DNA of 64,000 nucleotides from an uncultured Actinomycetota bacterium (GTDB lineage Bacteria; Actinomycetota; Actinomycetes; Mycobacteriales; CADCTP01), in NCBI GenBank assembly GCA_963766325.1, contig CAVXZF010000010.1:160517-224516 (forward strand). The letters run 5' to 3'. This document shows positions 48,822 through 57,635 of the stretch, in pieces. The position numbers and the translations under genes were made by a program. A model generated the notes under the pieces. It made no database searches and was not told where the DNA came from. It worked only from the letters and a program-made list of their open reading frames with translations. The number at the start of each line of letters is the position of its first letter. The stretch's first letter is position 1.

Positions 48822-49610
48822 GTGTCAAGCCTCGGCCAGCTGATCGACGACGCCGCGCTCTTCCCGCCCGGCAACGCACCCATGCCGGACGCCGTGGCCG
48901 CGCACCGGCGGCACCGCGCGGCGGCGTACCAGGGGCTGGTCGGGCCGTTCCTCTGCCCGGTCGGCCGGATCGAGGAGCTGAGGGCGGAGCCGACGGGCCG
49001 GCTCGCGGTCGGGCTGATCGCCGGCGCCGACGGGGCCGGGCTGGCCGCCGCGGTGGCCGCGGTCGGGGCCGACGACCGGCTGGAGCTGGACCGGGTCGAG
49101 CTTCCGGTGGATCCGGCCGGGGTGGCCGCCACGGCGGCGGCGCTGGACGAGGTGCTGCCCCCGGACGTGCCGGCGTGGGTCGAGCTGCCCTGGGACGACG
49201 CCGGCCGGGCCGCTCTCGACGAGCTGCACGCCTGGCGTGGGTCGCGGACCCTGCTGGCCAAGCTGCGCACCGGTGGGGCCTTCGTGCCGCCGGTCGACGC
49301 GCTGGCCGAGCGGGTCGTCGCCTGCCACGCCGGGGTGCCGCTCGCCTTCAAGTGCACCGCCGGGCTGCACGCGGCGATCCGGCACGGCGACGCCCACGGC
49401 TTCCTCAACGTGCTGGTCGCCGCCGGCACCGCGGCCCGCGGGGGGACGGTGGCGGACGTGGCGGCCGTGCTGGGCGAGACCGCGGGCGACCGGCTGGTCG
49501 GGGCATACCGGCGGCTGGGCACCAGCGGCGCGTTCCGGTCCTTCGGCTCGTGCAGCATCGACGAGCCGCTGGCCGACCTGGCCGCCCTCGGCATCTGGTC
49601 CACGCCGTGA
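48822..49610 (+). CDS. Conserved-looking hypothetical enzyme of the homogentisate cluster
   Basis: LIDDAALFPPG, KLRTGG, FKCTAGLH, HGFLN, SFGSCS..EP; divergent from hmgA. Confidence 0.8.
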   Translation: MSSLGQLIDDAALFPPGNAPMPDAVAAHRRHRAAAYQGLVGPFLCPVGRIEELRAEPTGRLAVGLIAGADGAGLAAAVAAVGADDRLELDRVELPVDPAGVAATAAALDEVLPPDVPAWVELPWDDAGRAALDELHAWRGSRTLLAKLRTGGAFVPPVDALAERVVACHAGVPLAFKCTAGLHAAIRHGDAHGFLNVLVAAGTAARGGTVADVAAVLGETAGDRLVGAYRRLGTSGAFRSFGSCSIDEPLADLAALGIWSTP

Positions 49611-49728
49611 CTGCGGCGGGGCACGGTGCCCGGCGGGCAAGTATCACGCCGAGTGCTGAATACCACGCTGAGTGCTACCGCCGCGGAGCGCACCCACCTG
49701 CCTGGTCCGGGCGCGGGAGGTGCGGCCG

Positions 49729-50382
49729 GTGACGGCGCCGGCCCGGGCGGTCGAGTCGTCGCAGGCGCTGGACCGGGGCCTGCGGCTGCTCGCGCTGCTG
49801 GCCGCCGCGGACCGCGGGCTCTCGGTGTCCGAGCTCGCCGACGCGCTCGGCACCAGCCGGGCGGTGGTCTACCGGCTGGTCACCGCGCTGGAGGCGCACG
49901 CGATGGTGCGCCGGCCCGCCGACGGCCGGGTCCGGCTCGGGCTGGGCCTGCTCGACCTGGCCCGCCGGGTGCTGCCGGAGCTGCGGGAGGCCGCCCGCGG
50001 CCCGCTCCGCGAGCTGGCCGAGACGGCCGGTGCGACCGCCCACCTCACGGTTCTGGACGGCGACGACGCGCTCGCCGTCGCGGTGGTCGAGCCGTCCTGG
50101 ACCGACTTCCACGTCGCGTACCGGGTCGGCACCCGGCACCCGGTCCACCGCGGCGCCGCCGGCCGGGCGATCCTGCTCGGCCGGGCGCCCGCCGCCGGCG
50201 GCGACGTCGCCGTCACCGCCGGCGAGCTGCAGGCCGGCGCGCACGGCGTCGCCGCCCCGGTCCGGGACGTCCCCGGCCTGGAGGCCAGCGTCGGCGTGGT
50301 CGCGCTGGCCGATCTCGACGCCGCCCGCGTCGGCCCCGCGGTGGTCGAGGCGGCTGCCGCCGTGGCCCGCCGGCTCCGCTAG
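49729..50382 (+). CDS. IclR family transcriptional regulator
   Basis: SQALDRGLRLL HTH, VGTRHP...GAAGRAIL, GVAAPV. Confidence 0.9.
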   Translation: MTAPARAVESSQALDRGLRLLALLAAADRGLSVSELADALGTSRAVVYRLVTALEAHAMVRRPADGRVRLGLGLLDLARRVLPELREAARGPLRELAETAGATAHLTVLDGDDALAVAVVEPSWTDFHVAYRVGTRHPVHRGAAGRAILLGRAPAAGGDVAVTAGELQAGAHGVAAPVRDVPGLEASVGVVALADLDAARVGPAVVEAAAAVARRLR

Positions 50383-50392
50383 CGTCGCGACC

Positions 50393-51595
50393 GTGACGAC
50401 TTGGCTGCCGGTGCCGGAGGACTCGGGGTTCGGGATCACCAACCTGCCGTACGGGGTGGTCGAGTGGCCCGGTTCCCCGCGGCGCCGGGTCGCGGTCCCC
50501 ATCGGCGACCAGGTGCTCGACCTCGCCGCCGCGCTGGCGCCGGCCGACGGCGACCTCGCCGCCCTGGTCGGCGGGCCGTCGCTGGACGCGCTGCTGGCCG
50601 CCGGGCCGGATGCGTGGGCGGCGGTGCGGGCCGCGCTGCTGCGCCTGCTGACCGACGACCAGCACCGCGCGGCGGTGGAGCCGGCGCTGCTGGCCCGGGA
50701 CCAGGTCAGCCCGGTGCTGCCGTTCACGGTCGCCGACTACGTCGACTTCTACTCCTCCGAGCAGCACGCCACCAACGTCGGGCGGATCTTCCGGCCCGAC
50801 TCCCCGGCGCTGCCGCCCAACTGGAAGCACCTGCCGATCGGCTACCACGGCCGGGCCGGGACGGTCGCCGTCTCCGGCACCGACGTCGTACGGCCCCATG
50901 GTCAGCTCCGGCGCCCGGACGGCCCGGTCTTCGGCCCGTCGGAGCGGCTGGACATCGAGGCCGAGGTCGGCTTCGTGGTCGGGGTGCCGTCCGCGCTGGG
51001 CACCCCGGTGGCGGCCGCCGACTGGCGGCGGCACGTCTTCGGCGTGGTGCTGGTCAACGACTGGAGCGCGCGGGACATCCAGGCCTGGGAGTATCAGCCG
51101 CTCGGGCCGTTCCTGGGCAAGTCGTTCCTCACCTCGGTGTCGCCCTGGGTGGTGCCGCTGGCCGCGCTGGAGGATGCGTTCGTCGAGCCGCCGGCGCAGG
51201 ACCCGGCGCCGCAGGACTACCTGCGCCCGGCCGGGCCCGGGCTGGCGCTGGACATCGAGGTGCGGCTCAACGGGCACGTGGTCTCCCGCCCGCCGGCGGC
51301 CGCGCTCTACTGGACCGCCGCGCAGCAGCTGGCGCACATGACTGTCAACGGCGCCTCGCTGCGTACCGGTGACCTCTACGCCTCGGGCACCGTCTCGGGC
51401 GACGAGCGCGAGCAGCGCGGCTCGCTGATCGAGCTGACCTGGAACGGGACCGAGCCGCTGGAGCTGCCCGGCGGCACGACGCGCGGCTTCCTCGAGGACG
51501 GCGACACGGTGACCATCTCGGCCACCGCGCCCGGACCGGGCGGCAGCCGGATCGCCTTCGGCGACGTCACCGGGACGGTGGCGCCGGCCCGCTGA
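50393..51595 (+). CDS. fahA: Fumarylacetoacetase
   Basis: NLPYG, DYVDFYSS..HATNVG, YHGRAG, LDIEAE, NDWSARDIQAWEYQPLGPFLGK. Confidence 0.96.
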   Translation: MTTWLPVPEDSGFGITNLPYGVVEWPGSPRRRVAVPIGDQVLDLAAALAPADGDLAALVGGPSLDALLAAGPDAWAAVRAALLRLLTDDQHRAAVEPALLARDQVSPVLPFTVADYVDFYSSEQHATNVGRIFRPDSPALPPNWKHLPIGYHGRAGTVAVSGTDVVRPHGQLRRPDGPVFGPSERLDIEAEVGFVVGVPSALGTPVAAADWRRHVFGVVLVNDWSARDIQAWEYQPLGPFLGKSFLTSVSPWVVPLAALEDAFVEPPAQDPAPQDYLRPAGPGLALDIEVRLNGHVVSRPPAAALYWTAAQQLAHMTVNGASLRTGDLYASGTVSGDEREQRGSLIELTWNGTEPLELPGGTTRGFLEDGDTVTISATAPGPGGSRIAFGDVTGTVAPAR

Positions 51596-51596
51596 G

Positions 51597-51947
51597 TCAC
51601 CGGGACGGTGGCTGAGGCCGGTGGCAGGCCATGCAGAGCGCCACGTACGGCAGGATCTCCAGCCGCTCCAGCGGGATGGTCGCCTCGCAGTTGACGCACC
51701 GGCCGTAGCGGCCGGCGCGCATCCGGTCGAGCGCCGCGTCGATGTCGGCGAGCGCGACCTGGGCGGCCCGGCTCAGCGTCGCCATGACCTCGGCGTGGGC
51801 GTCGTCGGCGGGCACCTCGGCGCCGAGCTGGGCGAGCTGGTCGGCCCGGAAGCCGCGCTGCTCGAGCAGCGCGGCCCGCAGCGCGGGCAGGTGGCGGGCT
51901 ACGTCGGGTGGGGTTGGGGCGGGGGCGGGGGCGGGCGGGGCGGGCAT
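51597..51947 (-). CDS. TraR/DksA C4-type zinc finger protein
   Basis: IDAALDRM..GRYGRCVNC...IPLERLEILP....CMAC; AGGAG SD. Confidence 0.9.
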   Translation of the reverse strand: MPAPPAPAPAPTPPDVARHLPALRAALLEQRGFRADQLAQLGAEVPADDAHAEVMATLSRAAQVALADIDAALDRMRAGRYGRCVNCEATIPLERLEILPYVALCMACHRPQPPSR

Positions 51948-52034
51948 CGCGGTCTCCTGGCGGGAGGCGTGCCGGCGTCCGGGCTCAGCCGGCCGGCACG
52001 GGGTTCAGGCGGCGCGGGCGCGGGACGTGGCTGG

Positions 52035-52373
52035 TCAGCGGAGCGGGAGTGGGGGGCCGCGCGCGGCCCGCGGCCGAGGGCCGAACCGGGCCCGACAGGT
52101 CGGGACGGCCAGCACGCCGGCGACCACGCCGGCGGCGAGGACGAGCAGCAGCGCCGGCGGCAGCACCGCGTCGAGCGGCCGGCCGAGGTCGGAGGCCGGG
52201 GCGAGCCGCTTGGCCGCCGGCATCACGACGATCTTGGAGCCGCTGATCGTGTCGGCCGACGTGCCGGTCCAGGCGGCCGCCGCCGGCACGTGGGACAGCG
52301 CCAGCACCGCGAGCACCGCGCCGAGCAGCCATGCGGCGCCTGCTCGGGCGGACCGTGACCGGGCACCGTGCAC
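52035..52373 (-). CDS. Small exported/membrane protein ending in an RGPP motif (candidate arrest peptide)
   Basis: Signal-like N-terminus, second hydrophobic stretch, C-terminal RAARGPPLPLR. Confidence 0.6.
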   Translation of the reverse strand: MHGARSRSARAGAAWLLGAVLAVLALSHVPAAAAWTGTSADTISGSKIVVMPAAKRLAPASDLGRPLDAVLPPALLLVLAAGVVAGVLAVPTCRARFGPRPRAARGPPLPLR

Positions 52374-52416
52374 GTCCTCACAACGCCCGGCGGTCAGCCG
52401 CTGTTCCGCCTGGCGG

Positions 52417-53259
52417 CTACTCGAAGCCGAACATCTGGGTCCACATGTTGCGGCGCGGGTCGTAGCCGACGCCGGTCGCCTTGGACTGGCAGTTGACGAT
52501 GTTGGCCTTGTGGCCGGGGCTGTTCATCCAGCCCTGAACCACCGCGGCGGCGGTCGGGTAGCCGGCTGCGATGTTCTCCCCCGACCAGCGCGGGTAGCCG
52601 GCGGCGGCGGCCCGGTCGCCCGGCCCCTCGCCGTCCGGCGAGGTGTGGCTGAAGTAGTCCCGGTCCACCATGTCCCGGCTGTGCGCCTGGGCGGCCGCGG
52701 TCAGCCGGGAGTCGGTGCGCAGCGCGCCGCAGCCGGCCTTGGCCCGCTCGACGTTGGTCAGCCGGGTCACCTCGGCGGTGATGCCGCCGGACGGCGCCGG
52801 GGCGCTGCTGGTCGGCCGGGGCGTGGTCGGGGCCGGGGTCGGGGGGCGGGACGGGCGGCGCGTCGTCGCGGTGGAGGTCGGCGCCGGCGCGGTCGTCGTC
52901 GGGGTCGGCGTGCCCGCGGCCATCGTGCCGAGCGGCGGCACCGGGGCGGCGCGCCTGTCCCGCGATGCCTGGCCGGCGGCCTTGGTCGCGGTCGGAGCGG
53001 CGGTCAGCTCGGTGCCGGTCCGGTTGCCGGAGGCCAGCTCCGCCGGACGGCCGCCGTCCCGGCCGGTCAGCGCCCAGGCGCCGCCCGCGCCCACCATCAG
53101 CACGGCGGCGAACGCGGCCACCGGGGCGGCGGCGCGGGACCGGCGCCGTCGCTGCTGCTCCCGGGCCTGCCGTGGCTCGCGGGCGGGCCGCTGCTCCCGC
53201 GCCGGCCGTGCCGAGTGTCGGCCGCGTGCGTGCTCGCCGCGCCTGCTGGACCCCGCCAT
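52417..53259 (-). CDS. CAP (SCP) domain protein
   Basis: N.ERAKAGC..L, HSRDM..RDYFSH, GENIA, WMNSPGH, WTQMF; one TM and a Pro/Thr linker. Confidence 0.92.
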   Translation of the reverse strand: MAGSSRRGEHARGRHSARPAREQRPAREPRQAREQQRRRRSRAAAPVAAFAAVLMVGAGGAWALTGRDGGRPAELASGNRTGTELTAAPTATKAAGQASRDRRAAPVPPLGTMAAGTPTPTTTAPAPTSTATTRRPSRPPTPAPTTPRPTSSAPAPSGGITAEVTRLTNVERAKAGCGALRTDSRLTAAAQAHSRDMVDRDYFSHTSPDGEGPGDRAAAAGYPRWSGENIAAGYPTAAAVVQGWMNSPGHKANIVNCQSKATGVGYDPRRNMWTQMFGFE

Positions 53260-53339
53260 CTCCCGCCTTCCCGCGGATGTCCCCCCGGACCGCCGGTCAC
53301 CATACCCGTCAGTGACCATGGATCAAGCCGGGTGACTCC

Positions 53340-53927
53340 TTACGGGTGAACGGCCTCCCACAGAGCGACGAGGGCGAACACGGTGAAGAGCAATCCGGCT
53401 ACCCGCTGTACGAGCCGGAGCGGCACCTTCCGGGTGATGATCCCGCCCAGCAGCACCGCCAGCGTGGCCACGACGACCAGCGCGACGAACGAGCCGGCGA
53501 AGACCGAGACCGGGTCCTCGTACCGGGCGGTGAGCGCGGCGGTGGCGAGCTGGGACGCATCGCCCCACTCGGCGGCGAAGAGCACCCCGAAGGAAGTGGC
53601 CGCGACCGCCACCGGGCCGCGCTGAGCGGCGCTTGCCGCCGTCACCTCGTCCTCCTCTTCCGCGGCGCTCCCGCGCAGCAGGATCACCGCGCCGATCGCG
53701 AAGAGGACCGCGACCACGCCGGCGACCAGCCGTTCCGGCAGCAGGGTCAGCAGCTGCCCGGCGGTCACCGCGATGGCGCACTGCACCGCGAAGGCCGCCG
53801 ACACCCCGGCCAGCACCGGCAGCGGGCGGTACCGCGTCGACAGGACCAGCGTCGCCATCAGTGTCTTGTCCGGCAGCTCGACCGGCAGTACCAGGGCCAG
53901 CGTGGTCAGGGCGACCGCGAAGCTCAC
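53340..53927 (-). CDS. TMEM165/GDT1 (UPF0016) cation transporter
   Basis: ELPDKT and EWGDASQ motifs. Confidence 0.92.
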   Translation of the reverse strand: MSFAVALTTLALVLPVELPDKTLMATLVLSTRYRPLPVLAGVSAAFAVQCAIAVTAGQLLTLLPERLVAGVVAVLFAIGAVILLRGSAAEEEDEVTAASAAQRGPVAVAATSFGVLFAAEWGDASQLATAALTARYEDPVSVFAGSFVALVVVATLAVLLGGIITRKVPLRLVQRVAGLLFTVFALVALWEAVHP

Positions 53928-55096
53928 CGCGCTCCGTTCTCGTAGGCCGCCGCGGTCGCGGCGCGCAGGACCTCCTTGACCGGCAGGCCGAGCGCGTCGG
54001 CGGCGGCGCGGACGTCCTCGTACTCGACGCTCACGTTGACCAGCCGGCCGCGCAGGTGGGCCAGCTTGGTGCGCACCCGCTCACCGTGCACCCGGACCTC
54101 ACCGGCGCTGCGGTCCAGCGCGGTCTTGCCCACGCTGAGCTCCCGCACACCCAGAGTGCTGGTCCGGGCGAAGACCTCGGCGCGTACCAGCTCCACCGCG
54201 CCGGGCGGGCAGAGCACGTGCAGGCTGTGCGCCGGCCGACCCTTCTTCATCAGGATCGGGGTCAGCCAGGCGTCCGAGGCGCCGGCGGCGAACAGCCGCT
54301 CCAGCACGTCCGGCCACAGCCGCGGGTCGAGGTCGTCGACGTTCGTCTCCAGCAGTACGGCGCCGCCCGCGGCCCGGGTGGGCTCTCCCAGCACCAGGCG
54401 CAGCACGTTCGGCAGCTCGGCCAGGTCGCGGCCGCCGGCGCCGTACCCGACCCGGACCGGCGTCAGCGCCGGCAGCGGCCCCCACTCGGTCACCGTCGCG
54501 GCGAGCAGAGCGGCCCCGGTCGGCGTGCACATCTCGTATGGCGGCCCGCCCTGCACCGGCGCCCCGGCCTCCGCGAGCAGCCCGAGGGTTGCCGGCGCCG
54601 GCACCGGGACCCGCCCGTGCGCGCTCTTCGCGGATCCACCGGAGCCCACGGTCACCGGTCCGGCGACCAGCCGCTCCAGCCCCAGCGCGTGCAACCCGGC
54701 CGCCACCCCGACCACGTCGGCGACCGCGTCCAGCGCCCCCACCTCGTGGAAGTGCACCTCGTCCGGGGTGGTCCGGTGCACCGCGGCCTCGGCCCGGGCC
54801 ATCCGGGCGAAGGCGTCCAGCGCGGTCGCCCGTACCGGCCCGGCCAGGTCGGCCGCCTCCACCAGCGCGCGCACGTCCGCCCAGGTCCGGTGCTCCGCTG
54901 ACTCCGGCGCCCGTACGGTCACCGCGGTCGCCCCGATCCCGTGCCGCTCGGTCGCGGACACCGCCAGCTCGATCGGCTCGACGCCGATCGCGTCGACCGC
55001 GGCCTGCAGGGTGGCCACCGGCACGCCGGCGTCCACCAGCGCGCCGAGCAGCATGTCGCCGCTGGCGCCGGCCGCGCAGTCCAGCCAGCCGATCAC
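53924..55096 (-). CDS. larC: Nickel pincer cofactor biosynthesis protein LarC
   Basis: DC.AGASGDMLLGAL, VHFHEVGALD, HG..PVPAPAT, TPTGAA, ETNVDD, MKKGRP, EYED. Confidence 0.93.
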   Translation of the reverse strand: MIGWLDCAAGASGDMLLGALVDAGVPVATLQAAVDAIGVEPIELAVSATERHGIGATAVTVRAPESAEHRTWADVRALVEAADLAGPVRATALDAFARMARAEAAVHRTTPDEVHFHEVGALDAVADVVGVAAGLHALGLERLVAGPVTVGSGGSAKSAHGRVPVPAPATLGLLAEAGAPVQGGPPYEMCTPTGAALLAATVTEWGPLPALTPVRVGYGAGGRDLAELPNVLRLVLGEPTRAAGGAVLLETNVDDLDPRLWPDVLERLFAAGASDAWLTPILMKKGRPAHSLHVLCPPGAVELVRAEVFARTSTLGVRELSVGKTALDRSAGEVRVHGERVRTKLAHLRGRLVNVSVEYEDVRAAADALGLPVKEVLRAATAAAYENGAR

Positions 55097-55794
55097 GTTG
55101 CCGTCCCCGGGGCCGTCCGCGGGGCCGCTCGCCGGGCGACCCGGGCGGCGAAGACGCCGGCCCCGAAACCGTTGTCGATGTTGACCACCACCACGCCGGG
55201 GGCGCAGGAGTTGAGCATCGTCAGCAGCGCCGCCACCCCGCCGAACGAGGCGCCGTAGCCCACGCTCGTCGGCACCGCCACCAGCGGCACCCCGGTCAGG
55301 CCGCCCACCGCGCTCGGCAGCGCGCCGTCCATGCCGGCCACCACCACCAGGCAGTCGGCCGCGTCCAGCACGCCCCGGACGGCCAGCAGCCGGTGGATGC
55401 CGGCCACTCCCACGTCGGTGACCCGCTCCACCCCGGCCCCGAAGACCCGCGCGGTGAACGCCACCTCCGCCGCCACCGGCCCGTCCGACGTCCCCGCCGA
55501 CACCACGCACACGGTCCCGCGCCCGGCCGGCAGCGGCCCCACCGCCACCGCCCGGGCCGCGTCGTCGACCAGCACCTGGTCCCCGTACGCCTCCCGCAGC
55601 GCCACCACCAGCTCGCCCGCCGCCCGCGTCACCAACGCCGGCCGCTCCGGATGAGCCGCCCGCAGCGCGGCCACCACCGCCAGCCCCTGCTCGACGGTCT
55701 TGCCCGCCCCGTACACGACCTCCGGGTCCCCGGTACGCGCCGCCCGGTCCACATCCACCCGGGCGAACCCCAGATCCTCGTAGCCGCCGTGCAC
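55093..55794 (-). CDS. larB: Nickel pincer cofactor biosynthesis protein LarB
   Basis: PEVVYGAGK, AGTSD, DVGVAGIHRL, VAGMDGAL, PTSVGYG, MLNSC, VVNIDNGFGA. Confidence 0.95.
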   Translation of the reverse strand: MHGGYEDLGFARVDVDRAARTGDPEVVYGAGKTVEQGLAVVAALRAAHPERPALVTRAAGELVVALREAYGDQVLVDDAARAVAVGPLPAGRGTVCVVSAGTSDGPVAAEVAFTARVFGAGVERVTDVGVAGIHRLLAVRGVLDAADCLVVVAGMDGALPSAVGGLTGVPLVAVPTSVGYGASFGGVAALLTMLNSCAPGVVVVNIDNGFGAGVFAARVARRAAPRTAPGTAT

Positions 55795-55818
55795 CCGCCG
55801 ACGATAGACGCTGCATAG

Positions 55819-56202
55819 TCAGCGGCCCGGCGCGGCCAGCGACGCCGCGGTCTCCGGCGCCGGCACCGGCGCCTTCGGGGCAGCCGGCTTCGTCGGGGGC
55901 ACCGTCGAGGTGGGCGTCGCCGGCGCCGGCCGGTCCGGCCGCTCCTCGGTCCCGGACGCCATCCCCCAGCCGATCAACCCGATCAGCCCGACGACCAGCA
56001 CCAGCGAGCGGAACAGCACCAGGGCCGGCATCAGCAGCCCCACGATCGCGACCAGAACGGCGCGCAGCGCTTGGAAGAGCAGGATCGCGACTGCGACGAG
56101 CAGCACCAGCACGGTGATGCCGGTATCACCGAGCTGCTGGTCGCGCAGCGGCGCGGCGAAGAGATCGTGTACGGGAGTGGGCGCGGGCGTTACCGTAAAC
56201 AT
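55819..56202 (-). CDS. Small multi-TM hypothetical protein with Pro-rich tail
   Basis: ATG with GAAGGGG SD; long hydrophobic core; divergent from the XRE gene. Confidence 0.7.
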   Translation of the reverse strand: MFTVTPAPTPVHDLFAAPLRDQQLGDTGITVLVLLVAVAILLFQALRAVLVAIVGLLMPALVLFRSLVLVVGLIGLIGWGMASGTEERPDRPAPATPTSTVPPTKPAAPKAPVPAPETAASLAAPGR

Positions 56203-56354
56203 GACGGGCCCCTTCGACGGGCGTCTGTCGCGATGGGCGAGCGCCTCTGGGTCCGCGGCCAAACGTTCTCCGGAGGCGCCGCTCGTGGTCCGTGCGGAGG
56301 CAAACCAGCCGGCTCGGTGCTCACGCCGGCGAGGAGGATCACCGCTCAGCGTTG

Positions 56355-56400
56355 CTGCGGGTTCACATCTCCGTCACCTGCGGGTTCACATCTCCGTCAC
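56355..56400. repeat. Perfect 23-bp tandem duplication CTGCGGGTTCACATCTCCGTCAC x2
   Basis: 56355-56377 equals 56378-56400. Confidence 0.95.
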
Positions 56401-56422
56401 CCCCGACCGAGGCGTCTCGACC

Positions 56423-56445
56423 ACTTCAGGGATTGCAGCTGAAGT
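56423..56445. promoter_or_regulatory. Palindrome ACTTCAG-N9-CTGAAGT, candidate XRE operator
   Basis: Lies in the AT-richer divergent promoter region; further TTCA(G/C) words follow. Confidence 0.5.
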
Positions 56446-56582
56446 TGATCGATTTCAGTGTACGCTGTGCTACATCCATGCGGAACCCCCATTCACTGGA
56501 CCGCACGAAGGTGCAATGAATCTCAGTGCGATCTGCTATCGTTCAGAGGATCTGCAGGTCGTCTGTGTGAGCTGAGGGGCTG

Positions 56583-57635
56583 ATGACACAGCCGCAGTCG
56601 GCGCCCGAGCTGGGTGCACGGCTCCGTGCGCTCCGCATGGAGAGTGGCGCCACGCAAAAGGACGTGGCCGCCGCGCTCGGCCTCGGCGTGTCGTCGATCT
56701 CGATGTACGAGAAGGGCGCGATCCCGCCGGACGCCCGGCTCGCCGACTACGCCGGCTTCTTCGCCGCACGGCTGGGCGACGGCCAGCCGTCCGAAGGCAC
56801 CCCGCGGATCCGGCGGCAGCTGCTCGACGAGCTGCTCGCGCTGCGCCCGCACCGGGAGGCGGAAGTCGAGCCGCGGCCGGTGAAGGACCTGTGGACGTTC
56901 GGTCCCGGCGAGCCGATCATGCTCGTCGTCGGTGAGCTCGAGGACATGAGCCATCCGTACGGCGACGAGGCACACCCCAACTACACCCGGGCGCTGAAGT
57001 TCGCCGATCTCGACGCGCTGCTCGAGCTGCACGGGCACATCCGGATGCGCAATCCGGAGTCCGACGTCCGCTTCATCCGCGGCGACCAGCTCACCGCCTC
57101 CGACAACGTGCTCCGCCATCTCGTCATGGTTGGTGGCCCCGGCCTCAACACCCGCCTTCAGCAGATCCTCGGCCGGACCCCGCTGCCGATTCGGCAGCGG
57201 AAGCATCCGGCGGTCGAGGACGGCGAGGTGTTCGTCATCCCGGGCAAGGAGCCGGCGCTTCCAGAGTTGAGTGATGACGACAAGCCCGTGCTCATGGAGG
57301 ACGTGGGTCTCTTTGCTCGTCTCACCAATCCGCTCAGCACGACCAGGTCGTTGACCTGGTGCAGTGGCATCTTCGCGCGTGGTGTGCTGGGCGCCGTCCG
57401 GCTGCTCACCGACGCCGAACTGCGGGATCAGAACGCCGGCTACCTTACTCGGCGTTTCGCGGACGCTACGCAATTCGCCATACTGGCCAGAGTGCCCGTT
57501 CTCCTCGGGGAGACGATCACTCCTGACCTGCTCAACGAAGATGCGCGGCTGTTCGAGTGGTCCGATGCGGAGCCCCGGCAGCAGCCTGGAGAGGCCCGAC
57601 CGGACGGTGACGCAGGCAAGGCGACGAGCCGATGA
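56583..57635 (+). CDS. XRE-family HTH protein with uncharacterised C-terminal alpha/beta domain
   Basis: LRALR...TQKDVAAALG..VSSISMYEKG HTH; C-terminal VMVGGPGLN...EDVG...NP...G...RGVLGAV. Confidence 0.85.
   Translation: MTQPQSAPELGARLRALRMESGATQKDVAAALGLGVSSISMYEKGAIPPDARLADYAGFFAARLGDGQPSEGTPRIRRQLLDELLALRPHREAEVEPRPVKDLWTFGPGEPIMLVVGELEDMSHPYGDEAHPNYTRALKFADLDALLELHGHIRMRNPESDVRFIRGDQLTASDNVLRHLVMVGGPGLNTRLQQILGRTPLPIRQRKHPAVEDGEVFVIPGKEPALPELSDDDKPVLMEDVGLFARLTNPLSTTRSLTWCSGIFARGVLGAVRLLTDAELRDQNAGYLTRRFADATQFAILARVPVLLGETITPDLLNEDARLFEWSDAEPRQQPGEARPDGDAGKATSR

Noticed and set aside
49642-49678. CIRCE (HrcA) element suggested by GAGTGCT words
   Set aside because: Only right half-sites, in direct orientation; no TTAGCACTC left arm at 9-bp spacing.
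56355-56400. Possible mini-CRISPR
   Set aside because: Two directly abutting copies, no spacer, no cas genes.
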